Shown here: in pieces, positions 37,150 through 48,249 of the stretch
How the letters are laid out: every line of letters starts with the position of its first letter
How positions within the stretch are numbered: position 1 is the stretch's first letter
Assembly: GCF_030144855.1 (NCBI RefSeq)
Contig: NW_026778917.1
Location: 372,001-436,000 of the forward strand
Direction: 5' to 3'
DNA from: Hypanus sabinus
Lineage: Eukaryota
Length of the DNA: 64,000 bases
Notes under the pieces: model-generated
Seen by the model: the letters and a program-made list of their open reading frames with translations, nothing else
Databases searched by the model: none
What the model was told of the DNA's origin: nothing
Made by a program: the position numbers and the translations under genes

Positions 37150-37800
37150 ATTGATTGTGGACTTAAGGAAGGGTAAGTTGAGGGAATACACACCAGTCCT
37201 CCTGCAGGGATCAGAAGGGGAAAGGGTGAGCAGTTTCGGGTTTCTGAGGATCTATCCTGGGCCCAACATATTGATGAAATTACAACTAAGGCAAAACAAA
37301 CAGCAGTTATGTTTCAATCGGAGTTTAAGGAGACCTGGGATGTCACCAAAGACTCTCGCAAATCTCCACAGATGTACCGTGGAGAGTATTCTAACGGGTT
37401 GTGTCACTGTCCGGTGTGGAGGGGCCACTGCACTGGACCAGAAACAGCTGCAGACAAACTCAGCCAGCTCCATCGTGGGCATTAGCCTCCCCAGCATCCA
37501 GGACATCTTCAAAAGCAAGGCAGCAAAAAAGGAGGCAATCAATACTAAAGAACCCCCCTCAATGTGTTCATGCCCTCCTCTCATGGATACCATCAGTGGG
37601 GGAGGTACAAATGATTCAGGAACAGCTTCCTCCCCTCTGCCATCAGGTTTCTGAATGGACGGTGCCCCCCTGCTCTTTGTGCCGCTTGGTTTAATTTTAG
37701 AGATACCACTGACAGTAATTGTTAGATTTTATTATATACTGCTGCTGCCAAGCTACACATTTCAAGACAAATACCAGTGATAGTAAACCCGATTCTGATT
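37150..37800 (+). mobile_element. Rex-Babar-type LINE 3' fragment
   Basis: PKTLANLHRCTVESILTGC motif followed by a 3' UTR. Confidence 0.7.
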
Positions 37801-37811
37801 CCCTCCCTTCC

Positions 37812-40800
37812 AGTGTCTATCACCCCCCCAAATAAATGTACTGATCCACCACCCTCGGGGGGGGCGGAGATTAACACCCCCACACCTCCCCTCCCTTCCA
37901 TTGTCAGAGTGTCTATCACCCCCCCAAATAAATGTACTGATCCACCACCCTCGGGGGGGGGGGGCGGAGATTAACACCCCCACACCTCCCCTCCCTTCCA
38001 TTGTCAGAGTGTCTATCACCCCCCCAAATAAATGTAATGATCTACCACCCTCGGGGGGGGGCAGAGATTAACACCCCCACACCTCCCCTCCCTTCCATTG
38101 TCAGAGTGTCTATCACCCCCCCCCAAATAAATGTAATGATCCACCACCCTCGGGGGGGGGGCAGAGATTAACACCCCCACACCTCCCCTCCCTTCCATTG
38201 TCAGAGTGTCTATCACACCCCCAAATAAATGTAATGATCTACCACCCTCGGGGGGCAGAGATTAACACCCCCACACCTCCCCTCCCTTCCATTGTCAGAG
38301 TGTCTATCACACCCCCAAATAAATGTAATGATCCACCACCCTCGGGGGGGGGGGCGGAGATTAACACCCCCACACCTCCCCTCCCTTCCATTGTCAGAGT
38401 GTCTATCACCCCCCCCCCAAATAAATGTACTGATCCACCACCCTCGGGGGGGGCAGAGATTAACACCCCCACACCTCCCCTCCCTTCCATTGTCAGAGTG
38501 TCTATCACCCCCCCCCCCAAATAAATGTACTGATCCACCACCCTCGGGGGGGGCAGAGATTAACACCCCCACACCTCCCCTCCCTTCCATTGTCAGAGTG
38601 TCTATCACCCCCCCCCAAATAAATGTAATGATCTACCACCCTCGGGGGGGGGGGCGGAGATTAACACCCCCACACCTCCCCTCCCTTCCATTGTCAGAGT
38701 GTCTATCACCCCCCCCCAAATAAATGTAATGATCCACCACCCTCGGGGGGGGCAGAGATTAACACCCCCACACCTCCCCTCCTTTCCATTGTCAGAGTGT
38801 CTATCACCCCCCCCCCCAAATAAATGTAATGATCTACCACCCTCGGGGGGGGGGGCGGAGATTAACACCCCCACACCTCCCCTCCCTTCCATTGTCAGAG
38901 TGTCTATCACCCCCCCCCAAATAAATGTAATGATCCACCACCCTCGGGGGGGGCAGAGATTAACACCCCCACACCTCCCCTCCTTTCCATTGTCAGAGTG
39001 TCTATCACCCCCCCCCCCCAAATAAATGTAATGATCTACCACCCTCGGGGGGGGGGGCGGAGATTAACACCCCCACACCTCCCCTCCCTTCCATTGTCAG
39101 AGTGTCTATCACCCCCCCCCAAATAAATGTAATGATCCACCACCCTCGGGGGGGGCAGAGATTAACACCCCCACACCTCCCCTCCCTTCCATTGTCAGAG
39201 TGTCTATCACCCCCCCAAATAAATGTAATGATCTACCACCCTCGGGGGGGGCAGAGATTAATACCCCCACACCTCCCCTCCCTTCCATTGTCAGAGTGTC
39301 TATCACCCCCCCAAATAAATGTAATGATCTACCACCCTCGGGGGGGGGCAGAGATTAATACCCCCACACCTCCCCTCCCTTCCATTGTCAGAGTGTCTAT
39401 CACCCCCCCAAATAAATGTAATGATCTACCACCCTCGGGGGGGGCGGAGATTAATACCCCCACACCTCCCCTCCCTTCCATTGTCAGAGTGTCTATCACC
39501 CCCCCCAAATAAATGTAATGATCTACCACCCTCGGGGGGGGGCGGAGATTAACACCCCCACACCTCCCCTCCCTTCCATTGTCAGAGTGTCTATCACCCC
39601 CCCAAATAAATGTAATGATCTACCACCCTCGGGGGGGGGCGGAGATTAATACCCCCACACCTCCCCTCCCTTCCATTGTCAGAGTGTCTATCACCCCCCC
39701 AAATAAATGTACTGATCCACCACCCTCGGGGGGCAGAGATTAACACCCCCACACCTCCCCTCCTTTCCATTGTCAGAGTGTCTATCACCCCCCCCCCCAA
39801 ATAAATGTAATGATCTACCACCCTCGGGGGGGGGGGCGGAGATTAACACCCCCACACCTCCCCTCCCTTCCATTGTCAGAGTGTCTATCACCCCCCCCCA
39901 AATAAATGTAATGATCCACCACCCTCGGGGGGGGCAGAGATTAACACCCCCACACCTCCCCTCCTTTCCATTGTCAGAGTGTCTATCACCCCCCCCCCCC
40001 CAAATAAATGTAATGATCTACCACCCTCGGGGGGGGGGGCGGAGATTAACACCCCCACACCTCCCCTCCCTTCCATTGTCAGAGTGTCTATCACCCCCCC
40101 CCAAATAAATGTAATGATCCACCACCCTCGGGGGGGGCAGAGATTAACACCCCCACACCTCCCCTCCCTTCCATTGTCAGAGTGTCTATCACCCCCCCAA
40201 ATAAATGTAATGATCTACCACCCTCGGGGGGGGCAGAGATTAATACCCCCACACCTCCCCTCCCTTCCATTGTCAGAGTGTCTATCACCCCCCCAAATAA
40301 ATGTAATGATCTACCACCCTCGGGGGGGGCAGAGATTAATACCCCCACACCTCCCCTCCCTTCCATTGTCAGAGTGTCTATCACCCCCCCAAATAAATGT
40401 AATGATCTACCACCCTCGGGGGGGGCGGAGATTAATACCCCCACACCTCCCCTCCCTTCCATTGTCAGAGTGTCTATCACCCCCCCCAAATAAATGTAAT
40501 GATCTACCACCCTCGGGGGGGGGCGGAGATTAACACCCCCACACCTCCCCTCCCTTCCATTGTCAGAGTGTCTATCACCCCCCCAAATAAATGTAATGAT
40601 CTACCACCCTCGGGGGGGGGCGGAGATTAATACCCCCACACCTCCCCTCCCTTCCATTGTCAGAGTGTCTATCACCCCCCCAAATAAATGTACTGATCCA
40701 CCACCCTCGGGGGGCAGAGATTAACACCCCCACACCTCCCCTCCTTTCCATTGTCAGAGTGTCTATCACCCCCCCCCCCAAATAAATGTAATGATCCACC

Positions 40801-41150
40801 ACCCTCGGGGGGGGGGCGGAGATTAACACCCCCACACCTCCCCTCCCTTCCATTGTCAGAGTGTCTATCACCCCCCCAAATAAATGTAATGATCTACCAC
40901 CCTCGGGGGGGGGCGGAGATTAATACCCCCACACCTCCCCTCCCTTCCATTGTCAGAGTGTCTATCACCCCCCCAAATAAATGTACTGATCCACCACCCT
41001 CGGGGGGCAGAGATTAACACCCCCACACCTCCCCTCCTTTCCATTGTCAGAGTGTCTATCACCCCCCCCCCCAAATAAATGTAATGATCCACCACCTCGG
41101 GGGGGGGGCGGAGATTAATACCCCCACACCTCCCCTCCCTTCCATTGTCA
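37812..41150. repeat. ~96-102 bp tandem array (~34 copies) with variable poly-C and poly-G runs
   Basis: Unit gtctatcac(C)naaataaatgtaatgatctaccaccctc(G)ncagagattaacacccccacacctcccctcccttccattgtcagagt. Confidence 0.97.
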
Positions 41151-41705
41151 ATGCCCCCCCATCGTGCAGTTATGTCCTTTTTCATACAGCAAGTCTACTA
41201 CTCCCGGGATGGGGGGAAGAGACTGGGTGGGTGCAGTAAGAGAGGAGGGAGAATGGAGGAGAGATAGGGACAGAAAGTGGGAGGAGGAAATGGAGGGGAG
41301 AGGGAGAGGGGGATGAAGACAGAGGGAGGAGAGGGTGAATGCAGGGGAGAGGGGGAGGGAACAGAGAGAGGGAGGAGAGGTGAATGGAGGGGAGAGGGAG
41401 AGGGAAGATGGGGACTGGAAGGGAGGAGGGGGAGAGAGTCTAGGAAGAGGGAGGAAGGAGGAGGCGGGAGAGAAAGGGGAAACCATCATCTCCCCTGGCC
41501 AACCCACCCGACTGCGCGCACCCGTTCCTGTTCGCAGGTGAGGAGCCCGAGAGATCCGGAGCCCTGTCCCGCACAGGGTGGTCAAGATAGTGGGAATTGT
41601 GAATCGGGGGCAGTGGTCCCCTCCAGCACTCCCGGGGTATGCCCACGTCTGGCCGCTGTTGTCCGAAAGTCAGATTCCTGGGTGGGCAGGCCAATCCTGA
41701 TCATG

Positions 41706-41805
41706 TCACAGCCGGAACGAGGGTCTCCCGGGGCCCGGGTCACACCGGCCTATTCCCAGGGCCAGGTACCACACCTCGTTACGTCGTCCGAAGAGGCGGA
41801 GTGGG
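41706..41805 (-). CDS. SOUL/heme-binding family gene, last coding exon
   Basis: Acceptor cccttggcag at 41806, phase 2. Encodes (S)PLRLFGRRNEVWYLALGIGRCDPGPGRPSFRL*, matching the SOUL C-terminal SPxKLxxRxNEVW motif. Confidence 0.9.
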
Positions 41806-41954
41806 CTGCCAAGGGGAGGGGAGAGCAGAGGTCAGTGAACGGCAGAGATCCCTCCCCTGCACTGGGCCTACACAGAGCACCCCCTGTGGGCGAGAGGAGG
41901 GAGAAGGGGAAGTGTGGGTGAGGGAGAGGGGGAAGAATAGGGGAAGGAGAAGGA

Positions 41955-42580
41955 AATGGGATGTTGGCCATTACTAGAGGGTTTGAGTTTAAGAGCAGGG
42001 AGGTCACGCTGCAACTGGACAGGGTACTGGTGAGACCACACCTGGAGTACTGCGTGCAGTTCCGGTCTCCCTACTTGAGGAATGACATACTGGCTTTGGA
42101 GGTGGTGCAGAGGAGGGTCACCAGGTTGATTCCAGAGATGAGGGGGTCAGACTATGAGGAGCGATTGAGTCACCTGGGACTGTCCCCGCTGGAATTCAGA
42201 AGAACGAGAGGAGATCTTTTAGAAACATATAAAATTACGAAAGGGATAGAGGCAGGAGTGTTGTTTCCAACAGTAGGTGAGACTAGAACTAGGGGACATA
42301 GCCGCAAGATTTGGGGAAGCAGATTTAGGACGGAGATGAGAAGGAACTGCTTTTCCAGAGAGTGGTGAATCTGTGGAATTCTCTGCCCAATGAAGCAGTG
42401 GAGACTACCTCAGTCAATATATTTAAGACAAGGATGGATAGATTTTTGCATCATTGGGGAATTAGGGTTATGGAGAAAAGGCAGGTAGGTGGAGATGAGT
42501 CCATGGTCAGGTCAGCCATGATCTTTCTGAATGTCAGAGCAGGCTCGATGGGACAGATGGCCGACTCCTGCTCCTATTTC
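41955..42580 (+). mobile_element. CR1 3' fragment in a SOUL intron
   Basis: LVRPHLEYCVQF...FRTEMRRNCF. Confidence 0.88.
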
Positions 42581-43109
42581 TTATGTTCTTGTGGGAAAGG
42601 GAGAGGGGAAGAGTGAGGGAGGGAGAGGAATGGGGAAATGAGGAGGGTAAGAGTCTGGGAGGGAGAGGTGGAGAGATGAGGGACAGAGGGGGTGAGTTGG
42701 GGGTAGGTGGGGAGAAAGGAAAAGATGCCATTGCATCAGCCAGCCTCTCTCCATACAATACCTGTACCCCTCCCACATCCCAGTACCCTCGTTATCATTC
42801 CCCTCCAAGCCAACCCCATATTCTTCCTTGACCCTGTACCCCTCCCACCACACTGCTCCCGGTAACCATCCCTCATGCTGCATCTCACTCCCTACCACAC
42901 CCCCCGTAACCCAAACCAGCACAACTCTCCTGCACTCTGTAACCCTCTCATACCCTTTCCTCATACCCTCCTCACCCTCCTTCCCCACTCTTGCCCGTCT
43001 TGCAACCAACATCCCTTCTATTTCCCACCCCTCTGCAACCCACTCATGCTCCTCTCTCCTGCCCCCCCCCGCACCCCTCCACTCTGCACACTCCTCTTGC
43101 CCTACGTAC

Positions 43110-43267
43110 CTGCTGTACTCGGCCACGTAGAAATGGTCCTGGGCGAAAGCCTCCGCTTGCCTCAGCAGGTCCTCGAACAGCTCCTGGGACGTGCGTTCAA
43201 CGTTGAACAGGAAGGGACTGGCCAACCGCACGAACACCGTCCGGGCCGGAGACAGGGTAAGGTAGAC
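43110..43267 (-). CDS. SOUL gene coding exon 5
   Basis: Acceptor ctctccccctgccacag, donor gtacgt; 158 bp, phase 0-2. Encodes VYLTLSPARTVFVRLASPFLFNVERTSQELFEDLLRQAEAFAQDHFYVAEYS (TVFVR as in HEBP2). Confidence 0.9.
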
Positions 43268-43499
43268 CTGTGGCAGGGGAGAGACCAGCTGGGGGGCCGA
43301 ATGGTCACAGGAAGTAGGGGGTGGCCTCGCTGAGGGGGCTGTCCTGGTTAGAGGGCAGCACCAACAGGGTGGGCAGGGTTTTCAATGCAGGAGGGTAGAG
43401 ACCCACACTGGGGGCAATTTCCAACAGGGACCCACAGTCCTTGAACTGTGTGAGGGCAGTGCCCAGGAGCGAATGCTCAAACTCCACACAGACGGTGAA

Positions 43500-44060
43500 T
43501 GTAAGGGTCAAGGTTGTTTCGTGTTATTTCCAGAACACAAGTGTAAAGGAGAACAAGAAATTCTTACTCTAGATCTGACGCAGCACAGAAAAACACACTA
43601 AGATAAAGTACACTAAAGAACACAATAAATAAAAATACATAAAATAGCTTATATACATGGATTGATTGTCTGTCCATAAAGTGACACTAGGCACAGGAGT
43701 GTCTGTACATGAGGTGACTGACAGGAATTGATAATGTAGTAGTGGCTGGGGCTGTGGAGGGGTGGGTTAATGTGTGGGGTGTTGATCAGGGGAAAGTAAC
43801 TGGTTTTGAGTCTGGTGGTCCTGGTGTGGATGATACGTAGCCTCCTCCCTGATGGGAGAGGGACAAACAGTCTGTGAGCAGGATGGGTGGGATCCTTCCT
43901 GACATTAATGGCCCTGTTCAGTATAAATGTCCTTGATGGTGGGTAGGCTGGTGCCAATGATCTGTTAAACAGTTTTGAGTGCCCATTGTAGAGCCTCCCT
44001 CTCCACCGCAGTGCAGTTTCTATACCACATGGGATGCTGTCGACTGTACATCTATATAAT
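43500..44060 (-). mobile_element. Rex-Babar-type LINE 3' fragment
   Basis: DPTHPAHRLFVPLPSGRRLRIIHTRTTRLKTSYFP. Confidence 0.8.
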
Positions 44061-44149
44061 GATCCGAGTATAAATGTACACAGCCCAACTCACTTCATCC
44101 TCATCAGAAAGAAAAAGGCAATCGTGAGCTCTCCTGATTGTGTAGAATT

Positions 44150-44482
44150 CAGGGACCAGGAATGGCAGGAACCTGGGGAGTAGGGTGGGACTGAGTGTTC
44201 TGGGACCAGGAACCTGGGAGTAGGGTGGGACCGTGTGTTCTGGGACCAGGAACCTGGGGAGTACGGTGGGACCAGGAACCTGGGGAGTACGGTGGGACCA
44301 GGAACCTGGGGAGTAGGGTGGGACCATGTGTTCTGGGACCAGGAACCTGGGGAGTAGGGTGGGACCATGTGTTCTGGGACCAGGAACCTGGGGAGTAGGG
44401 TGGGACCGTGTGTTCTGGGACCAGGAACCTGGGGAGTATGGTGGGACCTTGTGTTCTGGGACCAGGAACCTGGGGAGTACGG
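44150..44482. repeat. Minisatellite with ~41-bp and ~24-bp units
   Basis: gggaccaggaacctggggagtagggtgggaccgtgtgttct repeated. Confidence 0.92.
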
Positions 44483-44539
44483 TGAGACCATTCCCATCTC
44501 AACCACTGGCAACTTGTTCCCAATACACACTAATCTTTA

Positions 44540-45433
44540 TAGACAATAGGTGCAGAAGTAGACCATTCGGCCCTTTGAGCCTGCACCGCCATTCTGAGAT
44601 CATGGCTGATCATCTACTATCAATTCCTGGTTCCTGCCTTGTCCCCATATCCCTTGATTCCCCTATCCATAAGATACCTATCTAGCTACTTCTTGAAAGC
44701 ATCCAGAGAATTGGCCTCCACTGCCTTCTGAGGCAGTGCATTCCAGACCCCCACAACTCTCTGGGAGAAGAAGCTCTTCCTTAACTCTGTCCTAAATGAC
44801 CTACCCCTTATTCTCAAACCATGCCCTCTGGTACTGGACTCTCCCAGCATCTGGAACATATTTCCTGCCTCTATCTTGTCCAATCCCTTAATAATCTTAT
44901 CTGTTGCAATCAGATCCCCTCTCAATCTCCTTAATTCCAGCGTGTACAAGCCCAGTGTCTCTAACCTCTCTGCGTAAGACAGTCCAGACATCCCAGGAAT
45001 TAACCTCGTGAATCTACGCTGCACTTCCTCTACAGCCAGGATGTCCTTCCTTAACCCTGGAGACCAAAACTGTACACAATACTCCAGGTGTGGTCTCACC
45101 AGGGCCCTGTACAAATGCAAAAGGATTTCCTGGCTCTTGTACGCAATTCCCTTTGTAATAAAGGCCAACATTCCATTTGCCTTCTTCACTGCCTGCTGCA
45201 CTTGCTCATTCACCTTCAGTGACTGATGAACTAGGACTCCTAGATCTCTTTGTATTTCTCCCTTACCTAACTCTACACCGTTCAGATAATAATCTGCCTT
45301 CCTGTTCTTACTCCCAAAGTGGATAACTTCACACTTATTCACATTAAACATCATCTGCCAAGTATCTGCCCACTCACCCAGCCTATCCAAGTCACCCTGA
45401 ATTCTCCTAACATCCTCATCACATGTCACACTG
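44540..45433 (-). mobile_element. CR1 3' fragment, same subfamily as 36098-36990
   Basis: Translation nearly identical to ORF 35850-36908 from SVTCDEDVRR onward. Confidence 0.93.
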
Positions 45434-45639
45434 TGTGAAGAAGTTGCCCCTGATGTCCATTTTAAATTTCTCACCTCTGACCTTAGACCTGTGAGCTCTT
45501 GTATTTCGCACGCTCCTTGGGAAAAAGACTGTGTGCTTTCACCCCGACTACGCCCCTCAATCTCCCACATTCCAGGGAATAAAACCCTAGTCTACACAGA
45601 CTGTCCTTGGAACTCAGGCACCCGGGTCCGGGTAACTAC

Positions 45640-46960
45640 AAACAAGCGGAAATCCGAGTAACACACATAAAACTCTGCAGGCCGGGCAGCGTCCATGGAA
45701 AAAGGCACAGTCGACATTGCAGGCCAAAACCCTTCGGCAGGACTGGAGTGAAAAGCTGAGGAGTAGATTGAAAAGGGGGTGGGAGGGGAGAGAGAAAGGG
45801 ACGGGCAGCCAGGGAAGAAAGAAAAGGGGGAGGGGAGGGAGCACCAGAGGGTGGCGATAGGTGGGCAAGGAGATAAGGTAAGTGAGGGAAAAGGGGATGG
45901 GAAATGGAGAAATGGAGGTGGTGTAGGGAGCGTTACCAAAATCAATGTTCATGCCATCAGGTTGGAGGCTGCCCAGATGGAATATAAGGTGTGTTTCCTC
46001 CAGCCTGAGTGTGGCCTCATCACGACGCTGGAGGAGGCCATGGATGGACATATCGGAATAGGAATGGGAAGTGGAATTAAAGTGATTGGCCACTGGGAGA
46101 CCAGTTTGTTCTGGCAGATGGAGCGTAGATGCTCAGCATAGTGGTCTCACTAATATACAGGGGTCCACACCAGGAGCACCAAACACGGTAAGTGACCCAA
46201 ACAGACTCAAAGGGAAATGTCTCCTCACCTGGATGGACCGTTTGGGGCTCTGAATGCTAGGGAGCCGGGAAGTGTAGCACTTGTTCTACTTGCAAGGGTA
46301 AGTGGGCAGGGAGGAATGGACAAGGGAGTTGCATAGGGAGAGGTCCCTGCGGAAAGCAGAAGGTTGGGGGGGGGGAGGGAGAGATATGCTTGGTGCTGGG
46401 ATCCCGTCGGAGGTGTGGAAGTTTCGGAGAATTACATGCTGGGTGTGGAGGCTGGTGAGATGACAGGTGAGGACAAGGGGAGCCCTATCCCTGGTAGGGT
46501 AGCAAAAGGATGGGGTAAGAGCAGACATGTGTGAAATGGAAGAGATGGGGTTGAGGGCAGTGTTGATAGTGGAGGAAGGGAAGCCCCTTTCTTTGAAAAG
46601 AGAGGACATGTCCTTTGTTCTGGAATGAAAAGCCTGATCCTGAGAGCAGATATAGCAGAGATGGAGGAATTGAGATAAGTAGCAGGGTGGGATGAGAGTC
46701 AGTGGGTTGATAATAGACATCAGCTGTGTCTGGAGATACAGAGGAGGGAGGTGTCAGAAATGGACCAGGTGAACCTGAGGGCAAGGGGGAAGTTGGAGGC
46801 AAAGTGGTCGAGTTCAGCATGGGTGCAGGAAGCAGCACCAATGTAGTTGTTGATTTAGCGTAGGAAAAGTGTGGGGCGGTCACTAGTGTAGGCTTGGAAC
46901 ATAGACTGTTCTGGTAGCGGACAAACAAGCAGGAATAGCTGGGGCCCATGCCTCTGTGGC
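45640..46960. mobile_element. Penelope-like fragments (RT and GIY-YIG remnants)
   Basis: ANHFNSTSHSYSDMSIHGL...LEETHLIFHLGSLQPDGMNIDF; MGPSYSCLFV; FKERGFPSSTI. Confidence 0.75.
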
Positions 46961-48240
46961 AAAAATTTCCATTGTTTCACCACTCCCTGGCTAAAGAAAT
47001 TCCTCCTCATCTCCACCCTAAAAGGAAACTCCTCTATTCTGAGGCTGTGTCCTCTGGTCTTAGACTCTCCTACCACAGGAAACATCCTCTCCACATCCAC
47101 TCGCCTTTCACCATTTGATAGGTTTCAATGAGATCACCCCCATTCTTCTGAATTCCAGTGAATACAGGCCCAGAGCCTTCAGGTACTCTCCATCTGACAA
47201 GCCATTCAATCCTGAAATCATTTTCATGAACCTCCTTTGAACCCTCTCCAGTTTTAACACATCCTTTCTAAGAAAACAGGCCCAAACCTGCTCACAATAC
47301 CCCAAGTGAGGCCTCACCACTCTCAACATTACATCCCAGCTTAGTCCTCTTGAAATTAATCGATGGACACAAAATGCTGGAGGAACTCTGCAGGTCAGAC
47401 ACAATCCATGGAAAGTTTGATGTTACGGGCCGAGACCCTTTCTCAGGACTGGAGAAAAAAAAAGACAAGGAGTCAGGGTTAGAAGGGGAAGGGAGGCAAA
47501 ACACAAGGTGATAGGTGAAACTGGGAGGGGATGAAGAGTGAATAAAGAGTGGGAAGCTGGTTGGTGAAAGGGATACAGAGCTGGAGGAGGGGGAATCTAA
47601 TAGGAGAGGCCAGAAGGCCATGGAAGAAAGAAAAGAGGGTGTAGACAAGGAGATAAGTTGAGAGTGGGAAATGGGAAGGGGAATGGTGAGGGAGGGGGTG
47701 GCCTTTACTGAAAATTTGAGAAATTGATGTTCATGCCATCAGGTTGGAGGCTACCCGGGCAGAATACAAGGTGTTGCTGCTCCAACCTGAGTGTAGCTTC
47801 ATCACAACAGCAGAGGAGGCCATGGATGGTCATATCAGAATGGGAGTGGGAAGTGTAATTAAAATGGGTGGCCAGTAGGAGGGAGTGTAGGTGCTTGGTA
47901 AAATTAATGTTAACATTGCATTTGCCTTCCTCAACACAGGTTCAACCTGTAAATTAACCTTTAGAGAATCCTGCTAAAGGACTTCCACGTCCTTTTGCAT
48001 ATTAGTTTTTTTTAATATATTTTCTTGCCATTTAGAAAATAATTAACTCTTTCATTTCTTCTACCAAAGTGCATGACCATACACTTCCCAAAACGGTATT
48101 CCATCTGCCACTTCTTTGTCCATTCTCCTAAAAAGTCAAGTACTTCTCCCTCGCAACTACCTGCCCCTCCACCTACCTTCATACCGTCTGCAAACTTTTC
48201 AGCAAAGCCATTACTTCCATCATGCAAATGATTGACATAA
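46960..48240. mobile_element. Mixed CR1 and Penelope fragments
   Basis: CR1 motifs (RPHLGYCEQVW, FADG-like) interleaved with Penelope tail sequence at ~47370-47880. Confidence 0.65.
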
Positions 48241-48249
48241 AATGTAAAA

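Noticed and set aside
37812-41150. CRISPR-like regular repeats (this and the other arrays)
   Set aside because: There are no unique spacers and no cas genes, and the context is eukaryotic; these are minisatellites.
41277-41977. Plus-strand ORFs overlapping the SOUL last exon
   Set aside because: They begin in a purine-rich low-complexity tract and show no recognisable homology; the minus-strand exon explains the region.
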